The notes: generated by a model from the sequence alone, not told the origin. A DNA stretch of 64,000 bases from Candidatus Latescibacterota bacterium (GCA_965248435.1 OZ252100.1:2912001-2976000), one strand, 5' to 3'. Positions 48,017 to 58,734 are shown, counted from the stretch's first letter. Translations and numbers: made by a program.

Positions 48017-50185
48017 ATGGCAGAGATGATGCAATGGGGTCCTCGCACCCTCACGGGTAAAGACGTGCAGCGTCTAGATGCGGTCGCCAAGGTGACCGGC
48101 CGTGCCAAGTATACCTACGACATCAATCTCCCCGGCATGTTGTATGGGATGATCCTCAGGTCTCCCCACCCGCACGCGAAAGTGATCAGCGTCGACCTGA
48201 GCCGGGCTGCAGCCCATCGAGGTGTCAAAGCCGTGCTCAGTCACGAGAAGGAGACGGTCCGGTATGCCGGGGAGGAAGTCGCCGCGGTCGCGGCCACGAG
48301 CCCCGAAGCTGCGGCCGAGGCCCTTCGGCTGATCGACGTAACTTATCGGCCCTTGCCCTTCTCTGTGGTCGAAGAGCTCTCCATGGACTCTGCTGCGCCG
48401 CAGATCCACCCGCGGGGAAACGTAGAGATCCGCGATCGCAGGCAGAAGGAAGATGGAGATCTGGCAGCCGGGTTTGCCGAGACGGACAAGGTGGTCGAGG
48501 CCACCTACCGCGTGCCTGTTCAGACGCACACCTCTTTGGAGACGCACGGTGCGGTCGCAAGGTGGGAAGGAGACGAACTGACAGTCTGGTCTTCCACCCA
48601 GGGCGTTGTGGGCGTCCGCAACGATCTGGCGGAATACTTCGAGATTCCGCACAGCAGCGTGCGTGTGATTACCGAGTATATGGGCGGCGGATTCGGCAGC
48701 AAGTTTGGTCCGGGAGTGGAAGGGATATCCGCTGCGAGACTGTCCAGGATGGCCCAGGCACCCGTGAAGCTGATGCTCAATCGGAGGGAGGAACACCTCT
48801 GCGTGGGCAACCGCCCGTCGGCGATCATGAAGGTCAAGATCGGGGCAAAGAAGGACGGAACCCTCACGGCCTTTCACTCCGTCAGCTATGGAACGGGCGG
48901 CGTCGGAAATGCCGGACTTTTCCCGCTCCCCTATGTATTCAAGGTGCCCAACTTCAAGGCCGAGATGAAGAACGTACACATCAACGCCGGCAGTTCCCGC
49001 GCCATGCGGGCGCCGGGTCATCCGCAGGCGGCGTTTGCGATGGATTTGGCCATGGATGAACTGGCCGAGAAGTTGGGGATGGATCCGCTCGAGCTTCGGA
49101 AACGAAACGACTCATGGCAGAACGAGATCCGGATGAAGCAGTACGACATCGGGTCCGAGCGGATTGGATGGCACCGAAGAAACAGCGTGCCCGGGTCCGG
49201 CAACAGTCCCCTAAAACGGGGGATCGGCATGGGCTGCGGACGATGGGGTGGCCGCGGTCGGAAGAATACCTTTGCCGAGGTCAGCATTCACTCCGACGGA
49301 AGCGTGGATGCCAAGAGTGCAACGCAGGACCTCGGAACAGGCACGCTGACCGTCGTTGCGATGGTGGCCGCAGAGGAGCTGGGTCTGAAACTGGAAGACG
49401 TTCGTGCTCACATTGGAAATTCTGATTTCCCTCAGGGCAGGGCCAGCGGAGGGAGCACAGTTACTTCTTCTACGGTTCCTGCGGTAAAGATCGCAGCCCG
49501 GAGGGCAAAGGCACAGCTGTTCGAACGCGTCGCGCCCGCCCTGGGCGTCGAACCGGATCAGCTCGAGGCACGAAACGGCCGGGTGGAGGTCGCGGGCAAC
49601 GGCAAGAGCTGGGACTGGCGCGACGTCACGGCTCAACTCGGCGGAAATTCGGTTGCCGTCACTGCCGAGTGGGAAGCGGGATTCTCGGGCACCGGCGTGG
49701 CCGGCGTCCACTTCGCGGAAGTGGAGGTGGACATAGAAACCGGGCGCATCCGGCCGATCAAGGTCGTTGCCATCAACGACTGCGGGCTCGTCATCAACAA
49801 GCTGACGGCCGAAAGCCAGATCATCAGCGGGGTGATCGGCGGGCTCAGCTATGCGCTGCTGGAAAACCGCCTGATGGATGAGCAGACAGGCCTGATGCTC
49901 AACCCGAACCTTGAAGACTACAAGATTTCAGGGGCGATGGAGATGCCCGAGATCATTCCTATCGCGATGGACATGCCCGAGCGGGGCGTGATCGGGCTCG
50001 GGGAGCCTCCAGCCATCCCGATCGGGGGCGCTGTGGGCAATGCCGTCTACAATGCGACCGGCGTCCACATTCGAGAATTCCCGATGACCCCGGACAAGGT
50101 GCTGAACGCCGTCAGCAAGGCCTCTGGAGGATACCAGACGACAGATCGGTCAACGTCAACGCCAACCCAACTCAGTGGCCGGTAG
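48017..50185 (+). CDS. Molybdopterin-binding subunit (PaoC/YagR-like)
   Basis: KVTGRAKY, GGGFGSK, MRAPG, QDLGTG, GLGEP. Confidence 0.93.
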   Translation: MAEMMQWGPRTLTGKDVQRLDAVAKVTGRAKYTYDINLPGMLYGMILRSPHPHAKVISVDLSRAAAHRGVKAVLSHEKETVRYAGEEVAAVAATSPEAAAEALRLIDVTYRPLPFSVVEELSMDSAAPQIHPRGNVEIRDRRQKEDGDLAAGFAETDKVVEATYRVPVQTHTSLETHGAVARWEGDELTVWSSTQGVVGVRNDLAEYFEIPHSSVRVITEYMGGGFGSKFGPGVEGISAARLSRMAQAPVKLMLNRREEHLCVGNRPSAIMKVKIGAKKDGTLTAFHSVSYGTGGVGNAGLFPLPYVFKVPNFKAEMKNVHINAGSSRAMRAPGHPQAAFAMDLAMDELAEKLGMDPLELRKRNDSWQNEIRMKQYDIGSERIGWHRRNSVPGSGNSPLKRGIGMGCGRWGGRGRKNTFAEVSIHSDGSVDAKSATQDLGTGTLTVVAMVAAEELGLKLEDVRAHIGNSDFPQGRASGGSTVTSSTVPAVKIAARRAKAQLFERVAPALGVEPDQLEARNGRVEVAGNGKSWDWRDVTAQLGGNSVAVTAEWEAGFSGTGVAGVHFAEVEVDIETGRIRPIKVVAINDCGLVINKLTAESQIISGVIGGLSYALLENRLMDEQTGLMLNPNLEDYKISGAMEMPEIIPIAMDMPERGVIGLGEPPAIPIGGAVGNAVYNATGVHIREFPMTPDKVLNAVSKASGGYQTTDRSTSTPTQLSGR

Positions 50186-50206
50186 CCAACAATAGGAGAT
50201 CCAGCC

Positions 50207-51190
50207 GTGAATGCGTTCGAGTACATCAACCCAACCAGCCTCAAGGACGTCCCGGGCCTCCTGAATGGAAAGGGTGACCGGAAGGCGGTTATCATCGCCG
50301 GAGGCGGGGACCTCCTGGGAGAGCTGAAGGAAAATCTGATTGCCCCCACACGGATCGTCAACCTGAAGGCCTTGCCAGATCTGAAGTACATCAGCCACAA
50401 GAGGGGCAAGCTAAAGATCGGCGCCACGACGACACTCTCAGACATCGCAGCCGACGAGACGATCCGTTCGTCCTATACGGCTTTAGCTCAGGCCGCGGAA
50501 TCAGTCGCCTCGCTGCAGATCCGAAACGTGGGTACGCTAGGCGGGAACCTCTGCCAGCGCCCCCGGTGCTGGTACTATCGGGACCCTGCGTTCGATTGCC
50601 TCAAGAAGGGCGGCTACACGTGCTTCGCAGTAGAGGGCAACAACAAATACCACGCCATCCTCGGGGGCGGTCCCAGCTACATCGTTCATCCGTCCGACAC
50701 AGCCCCAGCGCTGATCGCCATGGAGGCCAGTGTGGAGATTCACGGACCGGATGGAGCCCGAAAGCTTCCATTGAAGGACTTCTTCGTCCTTCCGGATGAT
50801 GATCTAGAGCAGGAAACCGTGCTTAGACCGAATGAGGTCGTCACTGAGATCGTCGTCCCAAAGCCAAAGTCGGGAACGAAGAGCCTCTATCTCAAATTCA
50901 AGGAGAAGGAGAGCATGGACTTTGCTCTCTCCGCCGTCGCGGTGGCGCTCCGGGTGACGGATGGCGTTTGCCGCTCCGCGAGGGTGGTCCTCGGCGGTGT
51001 CGCGCCCAAGCCCTGGCCGGTGCCCGCTGCCGATCGAATCCTCACCGGTAGTCGCGTGACTGAGGACCTTGCATCGAAAGCCGCTGAGGCGGCCCTGACA
51101 GGGGCCGAGGCCCTCCAGCATAACGGCTATAAAATCCCACTGACCAAAACACTGATACGGCGCGCCGTGATGGCGGCTGCCACTGCGTAA
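50207..51190 (+). CDS. FAD-binding subunit with 4Fe-4S insert (PaoB/YagS-like)
   Basis: AGGGDL, IRNVGTLGGNLCQRPRCWYYR..C..C, HPSD. Confidence 0.92.
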   Translation: MNAFEYINPTSLKDVPGLLNGKGDRKAVIIAGGGDLLGELKENLIAPTRIVNLKALPDLKYISHKRGKLKIGATTTLSDIAADETIRSSYTALAQAAESVASLQIRNVGTLGGNLCQRPRCWYYRDPAFDCLKKGGYTCFAVEGNNKYHAILGGGPSYIVHPSDTAPALIAMEASVEIHGPDGARKLPLKDFFVLPDDDLEQETVLRPNEVVTEIVVPKPKSGTKSLYLKFKEKESMDFALSAVAVALRVTDGVCRSARVVLGGVAPKPWPVPAADRILTGSRVTEDLASKAAEAALTGAEALQHNGYKIPLTKTLIRRAVMAAATA

Positions 51191-51206
51191 CAGGAGCGGA
51201 CCAGAC

Positions 51207-51413
51207 ATGGATTTCTGCAAAAACCTGAGGACAAAGCGCTACTATATTTCTGACGCGCCGCCGGCCTCCTACCTGTCCGAGGACACAGGCACGACGGGCT
51301 ACTGGTGTCTGCGCACGATGGGTCCGTTCGGTCCGGACGATGGATCTGCATGCCCGGACGACTGCGGTGCCCACAGGACCTGCTACCAGGCCAGCGTGAA
51401 ACGTCCCGCATAA
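51207..51413 (+). CDS. Small Cys-rich protein of unknown function
   Basis: AGGAG RBS; 68 aa with five Cys (CKNLRTK, YWCLRT, GPD, C..C..RTCY); tight operon spacing. Confidence 0.7.
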   Translation: MDFCKNLRTKRYYISDAPPASYLSEDTGTTGYWCLRTMGPFGPDDGSACPDDCGAHRTCYQASVKRPA

Positions 51414-51451
51414 ATCTTGGGACGTGAGAGCTTCTTGAAAGGAGTCTGACC

Positions 51452-52354
51452 GTGCCAACCGATTTACCCACGCGCAAGCTGGGTCGCACAGGACTTGAAG
51501 TCACCCAGCTCGGCTTCGGAGCGATGGAGCTTCGTACCCCGGAGGGGGGTGACGGAAGAGAGACCACCGAGGACCAGGCCGCAAAGGTGCTCAACGCGGT
51601 CCTGGATTCCGGCATCACATTCGTCGACACTTCGCCAGACTATGGCGTGAGCGAAGAGCGGATTGGAAAATATATCAGCCATCGTCGCGACGAGTTCACT
51701 CTTGCGACCAAATGCGGATGTAACATCGACGAGAACGGCGTCAGGCAGGAACCGAGCCACCTCTGGACCGGAGACCGCCTGCGCAGAAACATCGACCAGA
51801 GCCTGGAACGGATGAGAACGGACCATGTCGACGTGCTTCAGATGCACGGCGGCTCCCAGGAGGATGTGGAGAAAGGGGGGCTGATCGAGGTCCTCCAGGA
51901 GATCAGAGAGGCCGGTAAAACCCGGTTCTTCAGCGTCTCCTCTCGCGTCCCGAATCTGATGGCACACGTGCGCACCGGCGCATTCGACACGTTCCAGATC
52001 CCATACTCCGTCCTGGAGCGCACCCACGAAAAGATGATCCAGCAGACTGCAGACGCAGGCTGCGGGATCGTCGTCCGGGGCGGCATCGGCAAAGGGCACC
52101 GCGGTCCTGAGGATCGGTGGGCAAAGTGGGATGAGGCCGGGCTCGATGACCTGCTCGACGGGATGAATCGATACGAGTTCGTGCTCCGCTACACCCTCAC
52201 GCACCCGTCCTGCCACACGACGATCGTGGGCACCTCTGACCTGGGTCACCTCGAGGCCAACGTGGCCGCGGCGAAAGCAGGGCCTTTACCGTCAGACATT
52301 TACGAACAGACGAAGGTGCGCATGTCCGGAGTCGGCGAGAATCCACTGGATTGA
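51452..52354 (+). CDS. Aldo/keto reductase, paralog of 35252
   Basis: LGRTGLEVTQLGFG, DTSPDY, LATKCG, LDDLLDGMNRYEFVLR. Confidence 0.92.
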   Translation: MPTDLPTRKLGRTGLEVTQLGFGAMELRTPEGGDGRETTEDQAAKVLNAVLDSGITFVDTSPDYGVSEERIGKYISHRRDEFTLATKCGCNIDENGVRQEPSHLWTGDRLRRNIDQSLERMRTDHVDVLQMHGGSQEDVEKGGLIEVLQEIREAGKTRFFSVSSRVPNLMAHVRTGAFDTFQIPYSVLERTHEKMIQQTADAGCGIVVRGGIGKGHRGPEDRWAKWDEAGLDDLLDGMNRYEFVLRYTLTHPSCHTTIVGTSDLGHLEANVAAAKAGPLPSDIYEQTKVRMSGVGENPLD

Positions 52355-52370
52355 AAAGGAAACCCAACGA

Positions 52371-52423
52371 GGCCCCGCATCTTGCTGCTCAGTTTCGTTT
52401 CTGAGCGGCACGATGCGGGGTCC
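52371..52423. terminator. Long intergenic hairpin
   Basis: GGCCCCGCATC-T-TGCTGCTCAG ... CTGAGCGGCA-C-GATGCGGGGTCC. Confidence 0.5.
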
Positions 52424-52479
52424 ATTTATTCGCTAGTGTAGGTAGTTCCATTGCGTCAGCCTGAAACAAGGAGAAGGAT

Positions 52480-53172
52480 GTGAACCTCTACCTGGTCGGT
52501 TGTGAATACGCGGGCAAAATCACCTTAACGAAGAAGATTTCTGAGTGGACAGAAGAGAACATGGGTGTGCCCATGAAATTCCACGACCACTTCACGATTC
52601 CGACTCAGGAGTTTCCTCCCGAGCCCGCGAAGCAGTACAAAGAAGCGCACCCCCAGATTAAAGAGATGCTCCAGCGGTTCATGATCTACTACCATGCTTC
52701 CTCGGCCTTTTTCAATCACGACCACCACAACGTCGTGGGCTGTGGCATCGAAGAAGCGGTCTACGCCCCCCTCTACTATGGGTATGGCGGCAAGAACAGC
52801 GGGTCACCCATGCGAAGCCCGGAGGGACAGCGAACGGAATACGCGCGGTCGATAGAGAAGAGGATGATGAATTACTGTTCGCACGTCGTGCTTGTCCTGA
52901 TGAAGGCTTCACCGGACGTCATTCGCAGGCGGATGAAAGAGAACCCGACGGTAGAACCCGGGGAACCCACCCGCGGCGTCGTGCAGGAGGAGGACGTCGA
53001 ATTCGTGCTGAAGCGATTCGAAGAGGAGTTCGAGGCCTCTCTGATAGAAAACAAGATCGTCCTGGATACCACGTCAGCGACGGAGGAAGAAACGCTGGCG
53101 GAGTTCGTGGAAAAACACGATCCGTTCATGACGGATGGCGACAGGGAGCGAATCAAGAAGCATCAAAGGTAG
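52480..53172 (+). CDS. P-loop NMP-kinase-like protein, paralog of 4172
   Basis: LVGCEYAGKIT, HDHFTIP, IEEAVYAPLYY, LMKASPDVIRRRM, LDTT. Confidence 0.7.
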   Translation: MNLYLVGCEYAGKITLTKKISEWTEENMGVPMKFHDHFTIPTQEFPPEPAKQYKEAHPQIKEMLQRFMIYYHASSAFFNHDHHNVVGCGIEEAVYAPLYYGYGGKNSGSPMRSPEGQRTEYARSIEKRMMNYCSHVVLVLMKASPDVIRRRMKENPTVEPGEPTRGVVQEEDVEFVLKRFEEEFEASLIENKIVLDTTSATEEETLAEFVEKHDPFMTDGDRERIKKHQR

Positions 53173-53176
53173 AGCG

Positions 53177-54154
53177 ATGGAAAAACTTCCGAACGCGGGC
53201 GACCCCGAAAGCGAAGACTTCCCAAAAGGGCCGAAAGTAGGGGAACAGGTCCCCCATTTCACCCTACCCGACCCCTCTGGAAACCCCGTCCACTATGAAC
53301 CGGACGGAACCAGCAAGGCCCTCATCCTGTTCCATCGAAGTGCCTCCTGGTGACCGCCCTGTAAAACTCAGCTCGTGGAGCTGCAGGAAAACCTGGAGAC
53401 CTTCGCGGAGAACCGCACCTGGGTCTGTGCGATCAGCTACGATTCGGTCGACGTCCTCAAGGCGTTTTCTGAGAAGTTTGACATCACCTACCCCCTGCTC
53501 TCTGACGTCGGCAGCTCGGTCATCCGCCGATTCGGCATCTACAACACCCACGTGCCAGAAGGTCATCCCTGGCATGGGGTTCCTTTTCCCGGCACCTTCA
53601 TGGTCGATGAGCGAGGAGCGGTGATCGAAAAGTCGTTCTACGCGAGCCACGGCGCCCGCGATTCCGTTGCCCGAATGATCCAGGAGGGCCTCAATCTACC
53701 TGATCCAAAGCGCAAAGCGATGCAGTCCCTGCAAACAGACTCGCTTGCGGCAATCGCCTACCTCTCCTCGAAGACGGTCCGACCCGGTCAGGTGATCACC
53801 TTCACCGCCGAGTTAGACATCGAATCAGGCCGTTACATCCACGCCCGCCCGTTCCCCGAGGGCCAGGTCCCGACCCGATTAACTTTCCAGGAGATCGAGG
53901 GTGTCACGTTTGAAGATGTGGTCTATCCTGAGCCAAAACGCCACCATCTGGAACCCCTCGGCGAAACCCTTAACGTTTACGACGGCCGAGTGATCTTCAA
54001 AGCAACAGTCCGCAACAGCCGAAAGGAAGCGTTTGCTGTGCACGCCCGGTTGGAATATCAAGCTTGCGATGAGAAGGAATGCTACCTTCCAGAAAGCATC
54101 GACTTCGAGCTTCCGCTTACCTACCTTGACAACGTTAAAGACACTCTTCCGTGA
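53177..54154 (+). CDS. Selenoprotein: AhpC/TSA redoxin (UxxC) fused to DsbD-N-like domain
   Basis: In-frame TGA 53351-53353 in RSASW-U-PPC; hairpin just downstream; C-terminal EYQACDEKECYLP. Confidence 0.88.
53358..53387 (+). promoter_or_regulatory. Putative bacterial SECIS element
   Basis: CCTG...CAGCTC-GTG-GAGCTG-CAGG directly 3' of the UGA. Confidence 0.7.
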
Positions 54155-54245
54155 GTCATTGCTTGTTGCCGCTAGTCACGACAAATGAAATTGTCCGAAT
54201 CCGTTTGTAAGGACCCCTCGAAGTAAAGCGAAGGAGAATATCCGC

Positions 54246-55211
54246 GTGGACACAATTCGACTCGGTGTCGTCGGTTCGGGTGGGATGGCGACACACAGAA
54301 TGGCTGCTTTCTCAAAGCTGGGTGGATTCGAGCTGGCGGGACTGGCCGCCCGCAACCCGGAGACAGGTCCCGCGATGGCCGACCAGTATAGCGTCCCTTT
54401 GGTGACCGACTGGGAAGACCTGGTCGCGCGGGAGGACATAGACGCCATCGTGGTCATGACCCATAACGACAGCCACGGTCCCATCGCGATTGCGGCCCTC
54501 GAGGCCGGCAAACACGTGTTTGCCGAATACCCCCTCGCTCGCCATCTGGAAGAAGGAGAACGTCTCGTTCAACTCGCCGAGACTTCGGGATTGGTTCTGA
54601 GGCTGACGCACGAGATCTCTCTCTCGGCGGCACACCAAAGGCTCAAACAGGAAGTCGATGCATCAGGCCACCTGTTGACCGCAGTCTTCATACGGATCAC
54701 ACCGGGCCGTGGGAAAGTTACATTGTTCAACCTGAATGTCTCCGGACCGCCCGCGCTCTTTTTCATCCACCAAGTCTACCCGCTCGTGGACCTGTTCGGG
54801 CCGGCGGCGTGGGTCGAGGCCCATTCGGAGTATGTGGACCTGGACGACTCGAGTCGTTACCAGCGGTTCCTCAACACCGTGACGGTAGGATTCGCCCGGG
54901 GCGGCCTCGGGCAGTGGACCTGGGCGGGCGGAATCGCCACCGAGAAGGCCGAAGAGTTCCAGCGCCTCGTATTGACGGGTGGCACATTAATCCGTGAAGG
55001 TGGAACCTGGCATCGGTCTACCCCTGAGGGCACGGAAGCGCTTCAGGTTTCCGAAGAAGACAAGCGTTCCCTCGAGGAGGTCTTCCTGAGTGAAGTCAGA
55101 GGAGAGGGCTCGCTCTGGAAGGAAGAGCTGCAGAAGGAGCTTCAGGCGTTGCGAATCGGCCTGGGCGCCGAGGAGTCCGCCCGGGAGAACCGACGAATCG
55201 ATCTCCCCTGA
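54246..55211 (+). CDS. Gfo/Idh/MocA-family oxidoreductase
   Basis: GVVGSGGMA, ALEAGKHVFAEYP. Confidence 0.88.
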   Translation: MDTIRLGVVGSGGMATHRMAAFSKLGGFELAGLAARNPETGPAMADQYSVPLVTDWEDLVAREDIDAIVVMTHNDSHGPIAIAALEAGKHVFAEYPLARHLEEGERLVQLAETSGLVLRLTHEISLSAAHQRLKQEVDASGHLLTAVFIRITPGRGKVTLFNLNVSGPPALFFIHQVYPLVDLFGPAAWVEAHSEYVDLDDSSRYQRFLNTVTVGFARGGLGQWTWAGGIATEKAEEFQRLVLTGGTLIREGGTWHRSTPEGTEALQVSEEDKRSLEEVFLSEVRGEGSLWKEELQKELQALRIGLGAEESARENRRIDLP

Positions 55212-55256
55212 CGAGATTCACCGTTTTGGCTAAATTTTGATTCGGGAGGAATTGTC

Positions 55257-56219
55257 GTGAATTATCGAAAGTTTGGAAACACAGATCTGGAAGTCTCCGA
55301 AATCTGCTTTGGCCCCATGCGATCAGTGACGAAGGGCGATCCCGTCGACGACGACAAGTCCAAAGCGGGAAAACAAGCCCTTGAACGGGCCATCGAACGC
55401 GGGGTCAACTTCATCCATTCGTGCGGCCAGTACGGAACGCGGTGGGCGATCGGAGCCGTCCTGAAGGACCACCCGAAACGCCACGACATGCGACACATCA
55501 TCAAGGTCGCGACCCCGAACCGTCCGGATGAGGGAAGATTCGACCCGGCCAGGTTCACGGAGATCGTGGAAGAGGCCCTCAGAGACCTGCACACCGATTG
55601 CATCGACGTCGTACAGCACCTTCATCGCGGTGAACCCAACGTAGATGAAGTCAGGATTCCACAGATCCCCGGAGTAAGGGGACCGTTGATGGAGACCTTC
55701 TCCAAACTGAAGGACGAAGGCAAGGTGGGCTATCTGGCGACGTTCCCCTACGGTCCCGATTTCGCTGGCGAGGTCTTGAAGACGGGTGACTTCGACGGTA
55801 TGGTGGCTTACTACAACCCTGTCGAGATGGAAATGGCCCAGTACTTCCCTCAAATGGAGACGAAGGGCGAAGGGTTTTTCTGCATCCGACCCTTCATGGG
55901 GGGCCTGTTGACCGATCCTCGCGTCGACAGAAGTCGGCTCCCGAGCGACGACCGTTTCCAGGAAGCGAGTTGGGACGGACCATACGAACGCCTCAAGCTT
56001 TTGAAAGAGGCATTCAGTGACCAGGTCAACTCCTGGACGGAATTCACGATCAAATTCACGTTGACGCACCCCATCGTCGCCAGTCTCATCGTCGGCTTGA
56101 ACTCAGTCGATCAGGTGGACGGCGTTCTGGATGCTGCAGACGGAAACTATCTGGAGCGAAGCGTTTTCGACAGAGCGCTGGAAATCTTCAATCAGCACGG
56201 GCTGGTCAAGGACGGATAG
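55257..56219 (+). CDS. Aldo/keto reductase
   Basis: FGNTDLEVSEICFG, IDVVQH, LKDEGKV. Confidence 0.85.
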   Translation: MNYRKFGNTDLEVSEICFGPMRSVTKGDPVDDDKSKAGKQALERAIERGVNFIHSCGQYGTRWAIGAVLKDHPKRHDMRHIIKVATPNRPDEGRFDPARFTEIVEEALRDLHTDCIDVVQHLHRGEPNVDEVRIPQIPGVRGPLMETFSKLKDEGKVGYLATFPYGPDFAGEVLKTGDFDGMVAYYNPVEMEMAQYFPQMETKGEGFFCIRPFMGGLLTDPRVDRSRLPSDDRFQEASWDGPYERLKLLKEAFSDQVNSWTEFTIKFTLTHPIVASLIVGLNSVDQVDGVLDAADGNYLERSVFDRALEIFNQHGLVKDG

Positions 56220-56267
56220 ATGAATCGGGGAGTTTTCAAAACAAATCTATCTGCGTCAATATATCCG

Positions 56268-56291
56268 GTAGGAGCCGGCTCCCGCCGGCGA
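56268..56291. repeat. GTAG-type REP-like palindrome
   Basis: GTAGGA-GCCGGC-TCCC-GCCGGC-GA. Confidence 0.55.
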
Positions 56292-56442
56292 AGCCGCCAA
56301 TCACGTCCTGAAACGAATGCGGCTTTAAATCGAAATCCAAAGCCCAAGGAATTCAACTGGCGGTTCCAAGCCATTTTCGACTATATTATTTGTAGCCTTA
56401 AGGTCGAGCTGAAACTGCACCAGAAAGAGGGGAAACAAGACC

Positions 56443-58734
56443 ATGGCATCGAAAACAGAACCGTACCTGGGGATTGAAGACTACAAAGTCGTCGGGACCC
56501 GCCCGATCCGGCACGATGGATTGGAAAAGGTCACCGGACGGGCGCTCTATGGCGCCGATATCCTCTTGCCCGACATGCTTCACGGTAAGGTGCTCCGCAG
56601 CCCTCACGCGCACGCGCGCATTCGCTCCATAGACACGAGCCGGGCTGAAGCGCTTCCAGGCGTGAAAGCGGTGATTACGGGGAAGGATCTGTATCGACAG
56701 ATGGAAGACAAGGAGATGGAACTCGGCGAAGAGATCGTCAACATGAAACGCCTGTTGTCGGGCTTCCTGGCGACCGAAAAGGTCCTGTTTCAGGGACACC
56801 CCGTCGCCTCCGTCGCCGCCACAAGTCACCACCTGGCCGAAGAGGCCCTCGACCTCATCCAAGTAGATTACGAGGTCCTCCCGCACGTGCTCGACATTCA
56901 CGAGGCGATGAAAGAGGATGCCCCGCTTCTGCACGAAGATATGACGACGACCTCCTTGGGGGAGGCGACGGACAAGAAAAGCAACAACAACAAGTACGGT
57001 CAGTATAAACTCGGCGACGTGGAAAAGGGGTTCGCTCAGGCCGACATCGTCATCGAGCGGGAGTTCTCTACCGTTATGGTCCACCAGGGCTACATCGAGC
57101 CCCAAAACGCCACGGCGCTCTGGAACCCGGACGGCCAGCTCACCATCTGGTGCAGCAGCCAGGGGTCCTTCGGCGTCAGGGACCAGGTGGCGGAGATTCT
57201 CGATCTGCCCGTCTCCAAAATCAGGGTCATCCCCTTGGAGATCGGCGGCGGGTTCGGGGGCAAAGTCAGGGCCTACCTGGAACCGCTCGCCGCGCTGCTG
57301 TCCAAAAGGACGGGTCATCCCGTTAAAATGGTGATGAGCCGGACCGAGGTCCTGCAGGCGACCGGACCGACCCCGGGCTCCTACATTCGGGCGAAGATGG
57401 GCGCCACCAAAGAGGGGAAGCTCGTCGCAGCCTATGCCGAGATCGTGTTCGAGGCGGGCGCCTTCCCGGGGACCCCCATCGGCGCGGCCGCGCTCTGTAT
57501 GTTTTCACCCTACGATATCGAGAATGTCTTCATCGAAACCTATGAGCCGGTGGTCAACAAGACCTCCACCTCGGCCTACCGTGCCCCCGGAGCGACGAAC
57601 GGAGCGCTTGCCTCGGAGATCATCGTCGACGAGATCTGCGAGCAGCTCGAGATGGACCCGCTGGAGTTCCGGATGAAGAATTCCTCAAAGGAAGGCTCCC
57701 GGCGCGCTGACGGACCGACCCATCCCCGCATCGGACACGAAGAGGTCGTCAAAGCGGCGATGGAGAGTGATCACTACAGCTCTCCCCTGGAAGGTCCGAA
57801 CCGGGGCCGAGGCGTGGCCTCGGGGTTCTGGCCGAACGGCGGGGGATTCTCGACGGCCGTCGCGAGCGTAAATACAGACGGGACCGTCGGCCTGGTGACC
57901 GGATCGGTCGACATCGGGGGAACGCGGACGGCCTGCGCGATGCACCTATGCGAGGTTCTGGGCATCGCCGCCGAAGAGGTCAAGCCAACGGTGGGCGACA
58001 CCGACGCAGTCGGCTATACGGGCGTGACGGGTGGAAGCCGCACCTGCTTCGCCACGGGATGGGCGGCCTACGAGGCGGCGCAAGACATCAAGCGCCAGAT
58101 GATCACCCACGCCGCCAATCAGTGGGAGATCTCTTCAGACGACGTAGCATTTGAAGACGGGACCTTCCGGTCCAAGTCTGACCCGTCGAAGACGTTTACA
58201 TTCAAAGAGCTGGCCGCTAAGCTGCCGGGAGGCACGGTGGTGGGACGATTCACGGGAAAGCCTAAAGGCGGCCAGGCGGGCGGCGCCTTCGCTCACGCCA
58301 TCGTGGACGTGGAGGTGGACCCGGATACCGGGAAGGTGGAAATCCTGCGCGCGACGATGATTCAAGACGCCGGCAAAGCGATCTACCCGGGTTATGTGGA
58401 AGGACAGATGCAGGGCGGGATGGCGCAGGGCATCGGCTGGGCACTCAACGAGGAGTTTATCTACAACGAGAAAGGCGAGTTGACCAATCCCAGCTTCCTG
58501 GACTACCGGATGCCTACTTGCCTGGACCTGCCGATGATCGAATCGATTATCGTGGAAGTACCCAACCCGGGCCACCCCTACGGTGTGCGCGGCACGGGCG
58601 AGGTCCCCATCGTTCCGCCCCCGGCCGCAGTCTCCAACGCGATCTACAGGGCCATCGGCGTGCGGCTCTACGACCTGCCGATGTCACCTGCACGGATTCT
58701 GGAGACGCTCTGGAAGGAAAACGGCAAGGGTTGA
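56443..58734 (+). CDS. Stand-alone xanthine-dehydrogenase-family molybdopterin subunit
   Basis: KVTGRALYG, GGGFGGK, AYRAPG, TGGSR, RGTGEVP. Confidence 0.93.
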   Translation: MASKTEPYLGIEDYKVVGTRPIRHDGLEKVTGRALYGADILLPDMLHGKVLRSPHAHARIRSIDTSRAEALPGVKAVITGKDLYRQMEDKEMELGEEIVNMKRLLSGFLATEKVLFQGHPVASVAATSHHLAEEALDLIQVDYEVLPHVLDIHEAMKEDAPLLHEDMTTTSLGEATDKKSNNNKYGQYKLGDVEKGFAQADIVIEREFSTVMVHQGYIEPQNATALWNPDGQLTIWCSSQGSFGVRDQVAEILDLPVSKIRVIPLEIGGGFGGKVRAYLEPLAALLSKRTGHPVKMVMSRTEVLQATGPTPGSYIRAKMGATKEGKLVAAYAEIVFEAGAFPGTPIGAAALCMFSPYDIENVFIETYEPVVNKTSTSAYRAPGATNGALASEIIVDEICEQLEMDPLEFRMKNSSKEGSRRADGPTHPRIGHEEVVKAAMESDHYSSPLEGPNRGRGVASGFWPNGGGFSTAVASVNTDGTVGLVTGSVDIGGTRTACAMHLCEVLGIAAEEVKPTVGDTDAVGYTGVTGGSRTCFATGWAAYEAAQDIKRQMITHAANQWEISSDDVAFEDGTFRSKSDPSKTFTFKELAAKLPGGTVVGRFTGKPKGGQAGGAFAHAIVDVEVDPDTGKVEILRATMIQDAGKAIYPGYVEGQMQGGMAQGIGWALNEEFIYNEKGELTNPSFLDYRMPTCLDLPMIESIIVEVPNPGHPYGVRGTGEVPIVPPPAAVSNAIYRAIGVRLYDLPMSPARILETLWKENGKG

